Positions 37,301 through 46,507 of a DNA stretch of 64,000 nucleotides are shown piece by piece; the stretch's first letter is position 1, and every line of letters begins with the position of its first letter. The stretch lies in NCBI GenBank assembly GCA_020725425.1, contig DYFA01000008.1:27993-91992 (forward strand). Direction: 5' to 3'. This DNA comes from Aneurinibacillus sp. GTDB taxonomy: Bacteria > Bacillota > UBA5301 > DYFA01. The notes beneath the pieces are model-generated. The model worked only from the letters and a program-made list of their open reading frames with translations, ran no database searches and was not told where the DNA came from. The position numbers and the translations under genes were made by a program.

Positions 37301-39176
37301 TCAGGCGCTCCTCCCCGATCCGGACTCCGCTGAGGGATACCGTTCCGGTGGCGGCGAGCTGGTCCCACTCCAGGCCTTCACCGCCGCCGGTGAAGAGGGC
37401 GCTGATCCGACCCCCCACCGCCACCGGCAGGGACAATCCGGCGGCTTGCGCCAGGGAGGCCAGGTCGGCCTCGTTCAACCGGCCGGAGAAGGCGTAACGC
37501 GGCTTCCCCCTCAGCAGCTCAGACGCAGTGGCGGTCGCTTCCAGCCGTCCTCCGGCGGCCACCACGGCCACCCGTTCCAGGTTGAGCCGCCCTTGAGCAT
37601 AGGCCCCCTCAACCTCGGCGGTCTCGACCGGCAGGCCGGCCCACTGGGCTCCCAGCAACGCCATCCGGCCCCGGACGGCCGGGTCAGCCAGCGCCCCTTG
37701 GAGTTCTAAGGTCCCGCTCAGCCGCCCTCCAGTCAGAGGCCGCAGTCGGGCGGCGACCTCCGCCGGCGCTATCCGCCGGAGCTCTTCGGAGGGGACGCCC
37801 TCCAGGTGGAGCCTGACCGAACCGTGCGGCCGACGCCAGTCCCGGACCTCGCCGCTGGCACTGACCCGGCCCCCGCCTATCCGGGCGGTGAGGTGCCGCG
37901 TCCGCAGGCCGTCGCCGGCGAACTCGACCGTCCCGCTCAAGTCGGACACGGCTGAGACCCCGCCTGGCGCGGTGAACGATACCTCGTTGAGCCGCAGGAA
38001 ACCGGAGAGAAGCGGGCTCCGCCACTCCCCTCGGGCAGTCAGTTCGAGAGTGGCCCGCCCGTTGAGCGCAGTCCCTTTGAGCGACGCGGGCAGCGCCTGG
38101 GCCAACGCTGGCAACGAGGCGTTTTCACCGGTCAGCTTTACGTCCAGGGAGGGGTCATCCAGGTCGTTCACTCTTCCCTGCGCTGTCCACCGGGTCTCCA
38201 GGAAATCGAAGCCGAGCTGGGAGATGACCACGCTGTCTCCCTGGAGGGTGAACTGGCCCACCACGGCGGAGAAGGGAGTGGTGAGGGAAGGATGTTGCCA
38301 GACGGCGTCACGCACTGTCACCTCGGCGGAAATGAGGCGTGGCAGCGCGCCGTCGATGATCAGCGCCCCTTGGAGGTCGCCCCTCCCCGCCAGAAACTGG
38401 CCGAACTGGGCGCTCCGGGGGAGAAACGACTGGAGTCTCGCCAGCTCGACACCGTTCAGTGCCAGGTCGAGCCGGGCGGGGGCCGCCCCCCCGAATCCAG
38501 CGGTGGCAGCGATTCTGGCCCCCGGCAGGAGTTCCGTCCGGCCAGTCAGTCTTACCTGGGTTCGCCCCTGCGGAGTGGCGCTCACGCGGCCGTTGACCTC
38601 CGTCAAACGGAAGCCAGCCGTCGACGCCTCCGCCGGGGTGGCGGCTGAACCGGCCAGAAGGGAGGGGTGCCACCCCTGCACCGTCACTTCCCCCTCCCGG
38701 ATAACCAGCTCGCCCTGCCAGCCCTCGCCGGGCTCGCCGGGGCGGAAGTATCGGGAGAGATTCCAGGCGCCGTCCGCTCCCCGGCTCACCTTTAGCCGCG
38801 GGCGCACCAGCTCCACCTGGCTGACCAGGGCCGATAACCGGCCGCGCCGCTTCAACCAGGACCATGGGCTGAGGCGGATCGCTACCTGCTCCGCGGCGAG
38901 AACCTCTTTTCCTGAGTCCTCCCAGGCGGTCAAGCCGTCTATCACCAGCAACCCGAAGGGCGCCGGCCGCAATTCGCCCAGCGAAATCCGGAGCCCCGTC
39001 TGGCGGGCCAGCGTCCGCTCGACCGTCCGCCGGACCGGGTTGACCACGGGGCCTTTGCCCAGGAAGAGAAGGTAGGAAGAGGCGGCCGCCGCCGACAGCC
39101 CGGCCACGGCCAACAGGCAGAGGGCGATCAGATTGCGCCGGGACAGGACCCTGACTGCCACGCGCCATCCTCCCAA
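34359..39176 (-). CDS. tamB: TamB/AsmA-family translocation-and-assembly module protein
   Basis: 1605 aa with an N-terminal anchor (LIALCLLAVAGLSAAAASSYLLFLG), very long β-rich repetitive sequence, and a C-terminal DUF490-like end ...IGLEYRIRYGLTFTTSYDNRGELKWGIEARHRF. Confidence 0.8.
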   Translation of the reverse strand: MGGWRVAVRVLSRRNLIALCLLAVAGLSAAAASSYLLFLGKGPVVNPVRRTVERTLARQTGLRISLGELRPAPFGLLVIDGLTAWEDSGKEVLAAEQVAIRLSPWSWLKRRGRLSALVSQVELVRPRLKVSRGADGAWNLSRYFRPGEPGEGWQGELVIREGEVTVQGWHPSLLAGSAATPAEASTAGFRLTEVNGRVSATPQGRTQVRLTGRTELLPGARIAATAGFGGAAPARLDLALNGVELARLQSFLPRSAQFGQFLAGRGDLQGALIIDGALPRLISAEVTVRDAVWQHPSLTTPFSAVVGQFTLQGDSVVISQLGFDFLETRWTAQGRVNDLDDPSLDVKLTGENASLPALAQALPASLKGTALNGRATLELTARGEWRSPLLSGFLRLNEVSFTAPGGVSAVSDLSGTVEFAGDGLRTRHLTARIGGGRVSASGEVRDWRRPHGSVRLHLEGVPSEELRRIAPAEVAARLRPLTGGRLSGTLELQGALADPAVRGRMALLGAQWAGLPVETAEVEGAYAQGRLNLERVAVVAAGGRLEATATASELLRGKPRYAFSGRLNEADLASLAQAAGLSLPVAVGGRISALFTGGGEGLEWDQLAATGTVSLSGVRIGEERLTTARAGFTVSRGEVAVDYFTASSPDGRLSGYGRRTADGRLSGTLSGQGVQLSALAQYIPGMTLDGSADILAELGGTEDDPQLSGEFTLFSPSFRRQAFTDGRGRFRLTRRELVLEGMEVHRAEGSLQASGTVSLGPEYPLDLTLTVGALPADTVLALAGVQAALSGTTDGAFVLRGPARTAVVTGQVALAAGRVAGFPYTRAAARFRYADGALEIDRLEVEAEGAAVTGEGRLVGQELDLRVAAERLDLARLPLPGAEEGAWRGTGSFQGTVRGNLRQPVLEGEVAGAGVAYRAYAAETLKGTLRYQDGRFFLKGVEVEQGGGRYFVSGEIEPRTAQLDLRLRLDQGEVENLLQLASLRSSYRIAGKVTGILHVWGRFPNPSARLIAETGELRLGGWKLSGDVDLALRDGEVTINRLRMGEVEGEGLLVAVGRLGRTSVEVEARLRRMDIRPLAAFFGAQAEVAGQADADLVVKGRAADPWASLDVTVTGARVNGMPLSTVRGRAVYSSGAINLEEVVMASGDRRLTATGAWPLPSTLLSRLGLEAEEQAWNLRLAMDQGDMGLLSLVVPALRLSGPGSLWLRLTGPADAPQVDGEIVAAGVTVNHPALGGEITGLRGRVQLGLDGVRTQELIGFYKGGEARLSGRVGLAGLRVRDLDLALTGRDIHYQSPVFEAWLDVDTTVRGPLEEAVIAGQAVLRRSTLTLGAKSGPRRVTWDPALDLTVTSREDMRIVTADRSVDARAYGTLALRGRLSKPTFTGEAEASRGTIVYLNTPFRVTRGQAVFAAYRGILPTLDVTAEAVVPLTEAPAVLPADATGGGGTRTTLKVKLSVTGPAEKLALNLSSEPPLSQAEIVAALSLPGDITRIVAGQGSGGREAELFRMAEQELSHRVFSGLEVAVADALQLDQLSLAPRFREKNVQLHVGKYLVDNVYLTYTRTMDLEPWETIGLEYRIRYGLTFTTSYDNRGELKWGIEARHRF

Positions 39177-39287
39177 GGCAGGAGACTTCAGTTATCCTTC
39201 GACGGGGAAGAAGACCGTTCCTCCCCTATAAGCCATGGGGCTTGGGCGCAAATGGTGTCAGGGCAGGGAATTATGGACAAGGTGCTA

Positions 39288-41342
39288 CTAAGGGTCGCGC
39301 CGCGGCCTCTCCCACCGCGGGGCGGGAGGGGGTTTGAGCGGCGGCTCCGTCGTCCCTCCCGGCCCGATCTCGATCTGCACTTCCGCTCCACCCAGGACGA
39401 CGTAGGGCAGCGCCAGCCGTGCTTTAGGGTTGGACCGTTCCTGGTGGTTTGACTGGACAGCCGGGGCTTTCCCGGTGCGCCGGGCCGGGGGGTGTCCGGG
39501 AGGCTTGGCCGGTTCGGAGACCGGCTCTCCTTGAGCGTCCTCCCCGTTTTCCCCCGCCCGGACCAGTTCCGCCACCAGTTCGTGATTGCGGTCCCGCCGG
39601 ACGAACTGGTCAATCAGGGCCTCGAAGCTCTCGGCGTTGGTTTTGGGTTCCTGGATCTTGTCGGGACCCTTCGCCGGTTTCTCGGGGTTGGGCGGATGGC
39701 CCCCGTCGGCAGGAAGCGACTCCTCCTCCTCTTCGCCGGCGGCGGCGGTTCCCCCGCCGCGCACCGCCACGACGAACCGGCCGGCCGGAAAGTCCGCCGG
39801 CACCGGCAGGAGGATGCGTTCCCGGCGCACTTCGCCCCGGTAGGGGCGGATCAACACTTCCAGCTCAGCCGACTCCCCCGGCTTCACCGGGCGATCCGGT
39901 ATCAGCCGGACCTTTTCGATCACCCCGGTTCGCCGCTCCTCGCCCACCCGGGCCGAGAGCTCCACCTGGCGCAGGCTCACCGGCCGGAAGGGGTTCCTGG
40001 TCACCAGGGCCACCCCGCTGACCAGATCCCGCAAGGCGGTCGCGGCGATATCGGCCGGGCTGTAGAACGTGTTCTCCCGGGTGACCGCGCCGCCTGGCAA
40101 GCCGTCGCCCCGCATGGTCAGACGCACCTCGGCCGTCCCCCGCCCGATGCGGGTCAGTCCCCGGTCCATCGCCTGCAGAGCGGCCAGCGCCACCAGGTTG
40201 GTCGCCAGCACCTCGTCCGGCGCCACCATGGCCGTGAAGGTCGTCTTTTCGCGCCGGTCCAGGTCCTCCACGTTAACCTTGACCTCGATCCCCGGCGCAC
40301 GGACGGCCAGTTTCCCCGCCACCCCCGCCGGCCGGTCTTCGAGCAACATCCCCGCGAACTGCCGGGGGGCTCCCAGCTTGAACGGGGCTTCCTGGCTCCT
40401 GACCGTCTGGTAGATCTCGGCCAGGCTCACCGGCAGCTCGACCCGCCCCTTGTTCAGGAAGGGGTGGCCGAAACCAACGAAGTAGTCGTCCTCCGTATAG
40501 GTCACCGTGCCGATGGCAGTGACCGAGAGGTCTCCGGTAACCAGGGCGGCGCCGAAGGCGCTCCCTGGAACGAGCTGGCCCGGCGCGGCATCGGTGGACT
40601 CCGCTCCTTTTGGTCCTGCACTGGTCGGCAGGCGGCCGCCCAGCTCCACCCGGTAACCCAGCGGCTCCACCAGGTTTTGCAGCCGCCGGAAGACCCGCTC
40701 GCTCGCTCCCGAGACCAGAAGCGGGGTGGCCAGGGGGGTGGCTGGCGGTAGCGCCAGCGAACCGTCCGGCCTGGCTGTTATGACCTCAGGCAGGGTTTCT
40801 TCAGCGCTCTCTCCCGGCTTGGTGGCGCTTTCGCCCCGGGCGCGGGCCAGAGCCAACACGTCCAGCATCCGCTCGATCGGGGTGAGGAAGCCGACGCGAT
40901 GGTCGCTGAAGGAGAAACCATAACTGACGGCGCCGATCAGCCGGCCGCCCACGTATACCGGGCTGCCGCTCATGCCGGCGGCGATGCCTCCGGTCTCCTC
41001 GATCAGGGGCCCGCCGACTCTCACCAGGATGAGGTCGCCCACCGGCCCGGCATTCGGCACCACGCCGAGGATCTCGACGTCGAAGGGTTCGACCCTTGTT
41101 CCCCGGATGACGGTCAGCCCGGTGCCTTTCATCCCGGCCCGGACCTCCGCCAGCGGCATGATGCTGCGCTGCTCCGGGGCCTGCGCCTCGGCCCGGTTTC
41201 CGGGCGCTCCGGAGAGCCCGACCAGCAAACCGAGGACGGCGACCAGGAGCAAGCCGGCAACGCGCCTTTTCGACCACGGGCGAGACGCGTCCGAGGGCAG
41301 ACGATTCGTAAGCCATTCCTCCCTGCGCGCGGCGTGGGACAA
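39288..41342 (-). CDS. spoIVB: SpoIVB-family (peptidase S55) sporulation serine protease with a long low-complexity C-terminal extension
   Basis: PDZ-like N-region (GMKGTGLTVIRGTRVEPFDVEILGVV), S55 core motifs (GIAAGMSGSPVYVGGRLIGAVSYGF; GTVTYTEDDYFVGFGHPF), then about 200 aa rich in E/P/G/K. Confidence 0.7.
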   Translation of the reverse strand: MSHAARREEWLTNRLPSDASRPWSKRRVAGLLLVAVLGLLVGLSGAPGNRAEAQAPEQRSIMPLAEVRAGMKGTGLTVIRGTRVEPFDVEILGVVPNAGPVGDLILVRVGGPLIEETGGIAAGMSGSPVYVGGRLIGAVSYGFSFSDHRVGFLTPIERMLDVLALARARGESATKPGESAEETLPEVITARPDGSLALPPATPLATPLLVSGASERVFRRLQNLVEPLGYRVELGGRLPTSAGPKGAESTDAAPGQLVPGSAFGAALVTGDLSVTAIGTVTYTEDDYFVGFGHPFLNKGRVELPVSLAEIYQTVRSQEAPFKLGAPRQFAGMLLEDRPAGVAGKLAVRAPGIEVKVNVEDLDRREKTTFTAMVAPDEVLATNLVALAALQAMDRGLTRIGRGTAEVRLTMRGDGLPGGAVTRENTFYSPADIAATALRDLVSGVALVTRNPFRPVSLRQVELSARVGEERRTGVIEKVRLIPDRPVKPGESAELEVLIRPYRGEVRRERILLPVPADFPAGRFVVAVRGGGTAAAGEEEEESLPADGGHPPNPEKPAKGPDKIQEPKTNAESFEALIDQFVRRDRNHELVAELVRAGENGEDAQGEPVSEPAKPPGHPPARRTGKAPAVQSNHQERSNPKARLALPYVVLGGAEVQIEIGPGGTTEPPLKPPPAPRWERPRRDP

Positions 41343-41446
41343 TCAGGACATGGCGCAATACTTTGCCGCTCCGGCCGTCAATTCCTGCCCTGCGACGCGG
41401 GGGCCCCGCCTGGAAGCCTCTGGGGACCGGCGGACGGACGGCCCGC

Positions 41447-41839
41447 TTACTGGTCGAGGTGGCTCAGGACGAGGGTGGCCAGGCCGATTCCGCCCGCCTC
41501 CGCCATCTTGGTCGCGTAAGCCTGGGTGAGGAAGTCCCGGTAGATGTCGCCCGCCAAGCCCCCGGGGAGGAATGACCCCGGCCCCTGGCTGATTGTGCGC
41601 CACATCTGCTGCCAGAGCAGGTTCAGAAACACCCCTTCGAGGTCGCGAGCGGCCTGTCGGGCTGCCGCCTCGTCCAGGGTGGAGGTCTGGTTCCCGGTCT
41701 CAGCCCGAGCCAGAGCCGCGGCAAAGCCGGGAGACGGGCTGAGGCTGCGCCACGCCGTTCCCGCCAAAGGCGCGAGGGGCCGGAACTGCAAGCTGGAGAG
41801 CGAAGTCAACGGCGCCAGGTCACGGGCCACCCAAGCCAC
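41447..41839 (-). CDS. flgJ: Flagellar rod-binding protein (FlgJ N-terminal-domain-like)
   Basis: DLEGVFLNLLWQQMWRT...GDIYRDFLTQAYATKMAEAGGIGLA resembles rod-binding domain motifs. It is directly upstream of flgI. Confidence 0.55.
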   Translation of the reverse strand: MAWVARDLAPLTSLSSLQFRPLAPLAGTAWRSLSPSPGFAAALARAETGNQTSTLDEAAARQAARDLEGVFLNLLWQQMWRTISQGPGSFLPGGLAGDIYRDFLTQAYATKMAEAGGIGLATLVLSHLDQ

Positions 41840-41842
41840 CCC

Positions 41843-42985
41843 CTAGATGATCTCCAGTTCGCCATGGAGCGCCCCGGCGGCCTTGACCGCCTGCAGGATC
41901 GCCACCACGTCCCGCGGCGTCGCCCCGAGGGCGTTCAGCGCCTTCACCAGGTCAGCCACGCTGGTCCCCCCGCCGAGGGTGGTGAAGCGGGCCTGCTCTT
42001 CTCCGGCGATGATTCCGGTTTCCGGTGTCACGACCGTCCGGCCCTCGGACAGGGGTTCCGGCTGGGAGACCTTCGCCCCCGCGGTGATCCGGATGGACAG
42101 GCTCCCGTGGGCCACCGCCACCGGAGAGATGGTGACGTTCTGCCCCATGACGATCGTCCCGGTCCGCTCGTTCACCACGACCCTGGCCACCACGCCCGGT
42201 TTCACCGGCAGTTCGCTCAAGGCAGCGATGAACTCGACCGGCCGGGCCTCGTAGGCCACCGGCACCGTCACCGTGACCGTCCCCTTGTCGACCGCCCGGG
42301 CCGATTCGGGGGCGAAGGCCTGGTTGATCGCCTGCGCCACCCGGGCAGCCGTCGTGAAGTCGGGCTGGTGAAGCACCAGCGTCAGGAAGTCGTTCGCCAC
42401 GGCGTTGGGTACCTCCCGCTCGACCAGCGCCCCGCCCGGCACGATCCCGACTGTCGGGTGGTTCTTCTGGATTTTGCTTCCGCCCGACCCAGCGTTGAAT
42501 CCTCCGATCGAGACGGGGCCCTGGGCCATAGCGTAGATCTCCCCGTCCACCCCTCGCAGCGGGGTGAGGAGGAGGACGCCTCCTTGCAAGCTCTTGGCGT
42601 CGCCGAAGGAGGAGACAGTCACATCGAGCTGGTCGCCGGTGCGGGCGAAGGCCGGCAGGTCCGCCGTGACCATCACCGCCGCCACGTTCTTCACCCGTAG
42701 CTGGGCGGCGGGCACGCTCACCCCGTACCGGGCCAGAGCATTCGCCACCATCTGCACGTTGGCCATCGTCCCGGCCGAGTCGCCCGTCCCCTCGAGGCCC
42801 ACCACCAATCCCAGGCCGCTCAGTTGGTTCGGGCGGTCGTTGGCAATCCGGGCCAGGTCCTTCAGCCGGGTCACAGGGACTTCCGCCGCGCTTGCCCCGG
42901 CCGCGGCCAGCAGCACGGCCGCCATCACCGCCGCGACCGCCGTTCGTCTCCGACTACCAACCCTGCCCTCTCTTCCCAGGTTCAT
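41843..42985 (-). CDS. flgI: Flagellar P-ring protein
   Basis: Signal peptide; NQLSGLGLVVGLEGTGDS...; 380 aa. Confidence 0.9.
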   Translation of the reverse strand: MNLGREGRVGSRRRTAVAAVMAAVLLAAAGASAAEVPVTRLKDLARIANDRPNQLSGLGLVVGLEGTGDSAGTMANVQMVANALARYGVSVPAAQLRVKNVAAVMVTADLPAFARTGDQLDVTVSSFGDAKSLQGGVLLLTPLRGVDGEIYAMAQGPVSIGGFNAGSGGSKIQKNHPTVGIVPGGALVEREVPNAVANDFLTLVLHQPDFTTAARVAQAINQAFAPESARAVDKGTVTVTVPVAYEARPVEFIAALSELPVKPGVVARVVVNERTGTIVMGQNVTISPVAVAHGSLSIRITAGAKVSQPEPLSEGRTVVTPETGIIAGEEQARFTTLGGGTSVADLVKALNALGATPRDVVAILQAVKAAGALHGELEII

Positions 42986-42998
42986 TGCCTTGTCCCTC

Positions 42999-43649
42999 CT
43001 AGAACAGCCAACTGAAGATGCGGCTCAGGATGCCCGGCTTCTGCTTGTCCCCGACCACCCCGTCACCCAGATAGATGATCTCGGCGTTAGCCACGAAGGT
43101 GGAAAGGACTGTGTTGTCCCGGCTGATGTCCTCCGGCCTCACCTGCCCCCGGAGCTTGATCGTCTGGTGTTCCTTGTTGACCGTGATGGCCTGAACCCCC
43201 TCCACCACCAGATTCCCGTTGGGGAGCACCTCGCTGACCACCACGGTCATTTTGGCGGAGAGGGACCCGCCCCGGGTAGTGGTGCCGGACGCAGTCAGGT
43301 TGTCGCCGCCCTTGGCTTTGATCTCCGGAAAGAAGCTAAGGAAGCCCAGCCCCGGCCCGGCGGACACGCCGGCCTCCTTCTTGTTGCTGCTCGAGGCCTT
43401 CTGGTTGGCCTCCGCCTTCTCCACGATGATGATCGTCAGCAGGTCCCCCGGCGCCTTGGCCCGGTGGTCGCTCAGCAGGTCGTTGCCGGGAGCCGCCTTG
43501 CTCCAGAGCGAGCCGTTGGCCGCCCCGGCCGCCTGGACCGTCCGTACCGCCGGCGCCCACCCGGCCAGCAGCGCGGCGACCACCACGACTATCCACCGCA
43601 CCGGCCGACCCCTCCGAAACGCGCTCATTTTGACCCCTCCCGACCTCAC
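42999..43649 (-). CDS. flgH: Flagellar L-ring protein
   Basis: SLWSKAAPGNDLLSDHRAKAPGDLLTIIIVEKAEANQ... and ...GNLVVEGVQAITVNKEHQTIKLRGQVRPEDI are canonical FlgH. Confidence 0.85.
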   Translation of the reverse strand: MRSGGVKMSAFRRGRPVRWIVVVVAALLAGWAPAVRTVQAAGAANGSLWSKAAPGNDLLSDHRAKAPGDLLTIIIVEKAEANQKASSSNKKEAGVSAGPGLGFLSFFPEIKAKGGDNLTASGTTTRGGSLSAKMTVVVSEVLPNGNLVVEGVQAITVNKEHQTIKLRGQVRPEDISRDNTVLSTFVANAEIIYLGDGVVGDKQKPGILSRIFSWLF

Positions 43650-44665
43650 AGCCCGGCCGCCGGCCCGCCGTCGAGGGCGATCAGGACCTCGCCCGGTCCC
43701 CGCACGACGCCGGACACCGTCCGGTTGGACTGCAGATTCTGCACTCTTATCACTTCACCAGCGCCGCCGGCCTCCAGAGCCATCCCCGGCACAGCAAGGA
43801 CCAGCCCGCCGGCCTCCACGGTCACGGTGACCCGGTCACCCCGCCGGACGACCACCGGCACCATCACGTCACTCCGCCGTAATGGGGCGCCGGCCGGAAT
43901 CGACCGGACTGTCTGCCGCCCCACCGCCTGCTCCTCCGTCCGCAGCGCCCCGTCCGGCAGCCGGGTCAGCTCGATCTCCACCACGCCCACCTGGCCGGGC
44001 TGAATCACGCTGCCCCGGGCGAGACCTTCCCGGGCGACCACCGCCGGGACCTTGACTGCCACCAGCGCCCGTGGACGCAGAGTGGCGTGGGGCTCGCCGT
44101 CGACCACGAGGTCCACTGGGCCGATGAGCGTGCCGGTGGCCGCCGCCCGGGCGATCTGTCCTACCTCCCCCAGCACACACAGTCGGAGGTCGCCCTCGGG
44201 CACCACCGGGTCGACCCAGTTGACCAGCGTCAGCGCCACCCGGCCGGCCTCCACGCCGAGCAGCCGGGCGATCTCCTCCCGGTAGAGCCGCTCGGCCTCC
44301 TCCCGGCAGAGCAGCCGCCCGGGCCGTTTCACCGCCACGCCCTCGCTCCCGGTCAACACCACCTTCTCCGGGTCGAAGCCGGCTTGACGCAGCCGGGTGG
44401 TGATCTGCTGCCGGGTGAAGACCCGGACCTGTCCCGGCCGGGGAGCCTGACCCAGAACCACGGCGGCAACCTCTTCCGCCACCGCTTCGCCGCGGCTCTG
44501 AGCGATGTCGCCGAGCCGAACCTGTACCCCGGCCACCACGGCCTCAGCCGGGAGGTCCACTGTCAGGGCGAAGGCGGGGGCCCAGGCCAGGAGCGCCATC
44601 AGCGCCCCGGCAGCCGCCGCCGGTAGCCGCCTCACCCCTCTGCCCAGGTCCGCCCGGCCGTTCAT
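43646..44665 (-). CDS. flgA: Flagellar P-ring assembly chaperone FlgA
   Basis: Signal peptide, SAF-type C-terminal domain (VLALDGGPAAG end), overlapping flgH. Confidence 0.7.
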   Translation of the reverse strand: MNGRADLGRGVRRLPAAAAGALMALLAWAPAFALTVDLPAEAVVAGVQVRLGDIAQSRGEAVAEEVAAVVLGQAPRPGQVRVFTRQQITTRLRQAGFDPEKVVLTGSEGVAVKRPGRLLCREEAERLYREEIARLLGVEAGRVALTLVNWVDPVVPEGDLRLCVLGEVGQIARAAATGTLIGPVDLVVDGEPHATLRPRALVAVKVPAVVAREGLARGSVIQPGQVGVVEIELTRLPDGALRTEEQAVGRQTVRSIPAGAPLRRSDVMVPVVVRRGDRVTVTVEAGGLVLAVPGMALEAGGAGEVIRVQNLQSNRTVSGVVRGPGEVLIALDGGPAAGL

Positions 44666-44688
44666 CGCCGCTCACCTCTCAGCGCCGC

Positions 44689-45477
44689 TCATCGCTTCAG
44701 GTTGTTGGCCACCTGGAGCATGTCGTCGGAGGCCTGGATCGCCTTGGAGTTGGTCTCGTAGGCTCGCTGGGCGACGATCATGTTGACCATCTCCTCCACC
44801 ACCTGGACGTTGGAGGACTCGATGTACCCCTGAGCGATGGTGCCGAACCCCGGCTGGCCGGGCGTCCCGACGATCGCTTCGCCCGAGGCGGCGGTGGGGC
44901 GGAAGAGGTTCCGGCCCATGGCCAGAAGCCCCGCCGGATTGGTGAAGCGGGCGATCTGGATCTGCCCCAGTTGCTGCGGGGCCGCGTCCCCCGCCAGGAG
45001 GACCGATACCGTCCCGTCGTTGCCGATGGAGATCTCGGTCGCCTCAGACGGGATGACCAGCTCCGGCTCGAGCGGGAAGCCGTCCGAGTTCACCATCCGG
45101 CCTGTGCCGTCCCGTTTGAAGGCGCCGTCCCGGGTGTAGGCCACGGTGCCGTCGGGCATCACCACCTGGAAGAAGCCGTCGCCCTCGATCACCATGTCCA
45201 GGGGGTTGTCGGTCGGGCGAAACTCGCCGACCGTGAAGATCTTCTGCGTGGCCACCGGGCGGACGCCCTGACCCACCTGGATCCCGACCGGCACGGTGGA
45301 ACCCTGGACCACCTGTCCGCCGGCGGCCCGCAACGTTTGATAGAGCAGGTCCTGGAAGTCCACCCGGTTTCGCTTGAACCCGTTGGTGTTCACGTTGGCC
45401 AGGTTGTTGGCGATGGTGTCGATGTTGAGTTGCTGGGCCATCATGCCCGAGCCTGCGGTGAACAGCGAACGAATCAT
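44689..45477 (-). CDS. flgG: Flagellar basal-body rod protein FlgG (FlhP-like)
   Basis: [47 protein letters not shown] and the C-terminal ...[26 protein letters not shown] rod signature. Confidence 0.9.
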   Translation of the reverse strand: MIRSLFTAGSGMMAQQLNIDTIANNLANVNTNGFKRNRVDFQDLLYQTLRAAGGQVVQGSTVPVGIQVGQGVRPVATQKIFTVGEFRPTDNPLDMVIEGDGFFQVVMPDGTVAYTRDGAFKRDGTGRMVNSDGFPLEPELVIPSEATEISIGNDGTVSVLLAGDAAPQQLGQIQIARFTNPAGLLAMGRNLFRPTAASGEAIVGTPGQPGFGTIAQGYIESSNVQVVEEMVNMIVAQRAYETNSKAIQASDDMLQVANNLKR

Positions 45478-45633
45478 GACGAGACCCTCCCCGGTTGTTC
45501 GTCAGAACCGGCGGAGGGCGAGCGGCTGCGTCCGTCGTTCGGCAGCCGGATGGCCTCGACCCCTCGCAGGGTCGTCCAGCCCGTCTTCTCCCCTCTGTCC
45601 GGTTCCTTCTGGAGCTCTGCTAAGACGTCGCTT

Positions 45634-46401
45634 CTATACGCGGCCCACCTCGTTGACCGCCTTCTGCATCAGCTCGTCCTCCATCTGGATGAGCCGCTGG
45701 TTCGCCTCGTAACTCCGCACCGACGCGATGAGACCGATCATCTCCCGGACAGTGTTCACGTTGGAGCGCTCGATGAACCCCTGGTGCACCTCTGTCCCGG
45801 CGTCCACCGGCTGCCCGGCCGCTGCCGTGGCGAACAGGTTGTCGCCCTCCTTGACCAGCCGGCTCCCCTGCGGGAAGCGGACCAGCCTCAGGCGGTCCAC
45901 CACTTGGCCGTCCACCGCGACCGTCCCGTCAGCCGCCACCTGGACCTCGCCGTCGCCCAGCTCGATCGGACCCTGCTCACCCAGGACGGGGAAGCCGCCC
46001 TCAGTCACGAGAAGCCCTTCGCCGTTCCGGGTGAAAGCACCGTCCCGGGTGTACCGGAGGCCGTTGGGCGTCTGGACGACAAACAACCCTTCCCCGGCGA
46101 TCCCCAGATCCAGAGGATTGCCGGTCGCGGTGAGCGGCCCCGGCGCCCAGTCGGTGGCGGTCTCTGTCGCTACCGCCCCGAGGCTCAACGGTCCCACCAC
46201 GGGCGGGTATCCGGCCGGGCCCATCCCCGGGCTGGCGGCGTCGTTGTAGCGGCGCAGGAGGAGGGCGGGGAAGCTCTCCCCCACCAGCTCGTCCCGCTTG
46301 AATCCGTTGGTGGTGACGTTGGCCAGGTTGTTGGCGATCACGTCGGTGCGGCGAAGTTCGACGAGCATCCCGGACGCTCCGATGTAGAGCCCGCGAATCA
46401 T
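45634..46401 (-). CDS. flgF: Flagellar basal-body rod protein FlgF (FlhO-like)
   Basis: [40 protein letters not shown] ... SVRSYEANQRLIQMEDELMQKAVN. Confidence 0.85.
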   Translation of the reverse strand: MIRGLYIGASGMLVELRRTDVIANNLANVTTNGFKRDELVGESFPALLLRRYNDAASPGMGPAGYPPVVGPLSLGAVATETATDWAPGPLTATGNPLDLGIAGEGLFVVQTPNGLRYTRDGAFTRNGEGLLVTEGGFPVLGEQGPIELGDGEVQVAADGTVAVDGQVVDRLRLVRFPQGSRLVKEGDNLFATAAAGQPVDAGTEVHQGFIERSNVNTVREMIGLIASVRSYEANQRLIQMEDELMQKAVNEVGRV

Positions 46402-46507
46402 CGCCTCACCTCCCCGTCAGTCTGCAGTTCAGTGTTCGGCGCGCCCCAGCCTGGGCTTAAGAAGGGATTGAACCCGCGCGCCGCAAACTAGAACACGGGG
46501 GGTCGAC

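Noticed and set aside
45478-45633. Small hairpin CCGGTT-N9-AACCGG in the flgF-flgG spacer and a 5-bp TGGTC/GACCA repeat in the fabZ-lpxA spacer (16303..16463)
   Set aside because: The stems are short and such repeats occur at chance frequency in GC-rich DNA. They are noted only as possible intra-operon attenuators.
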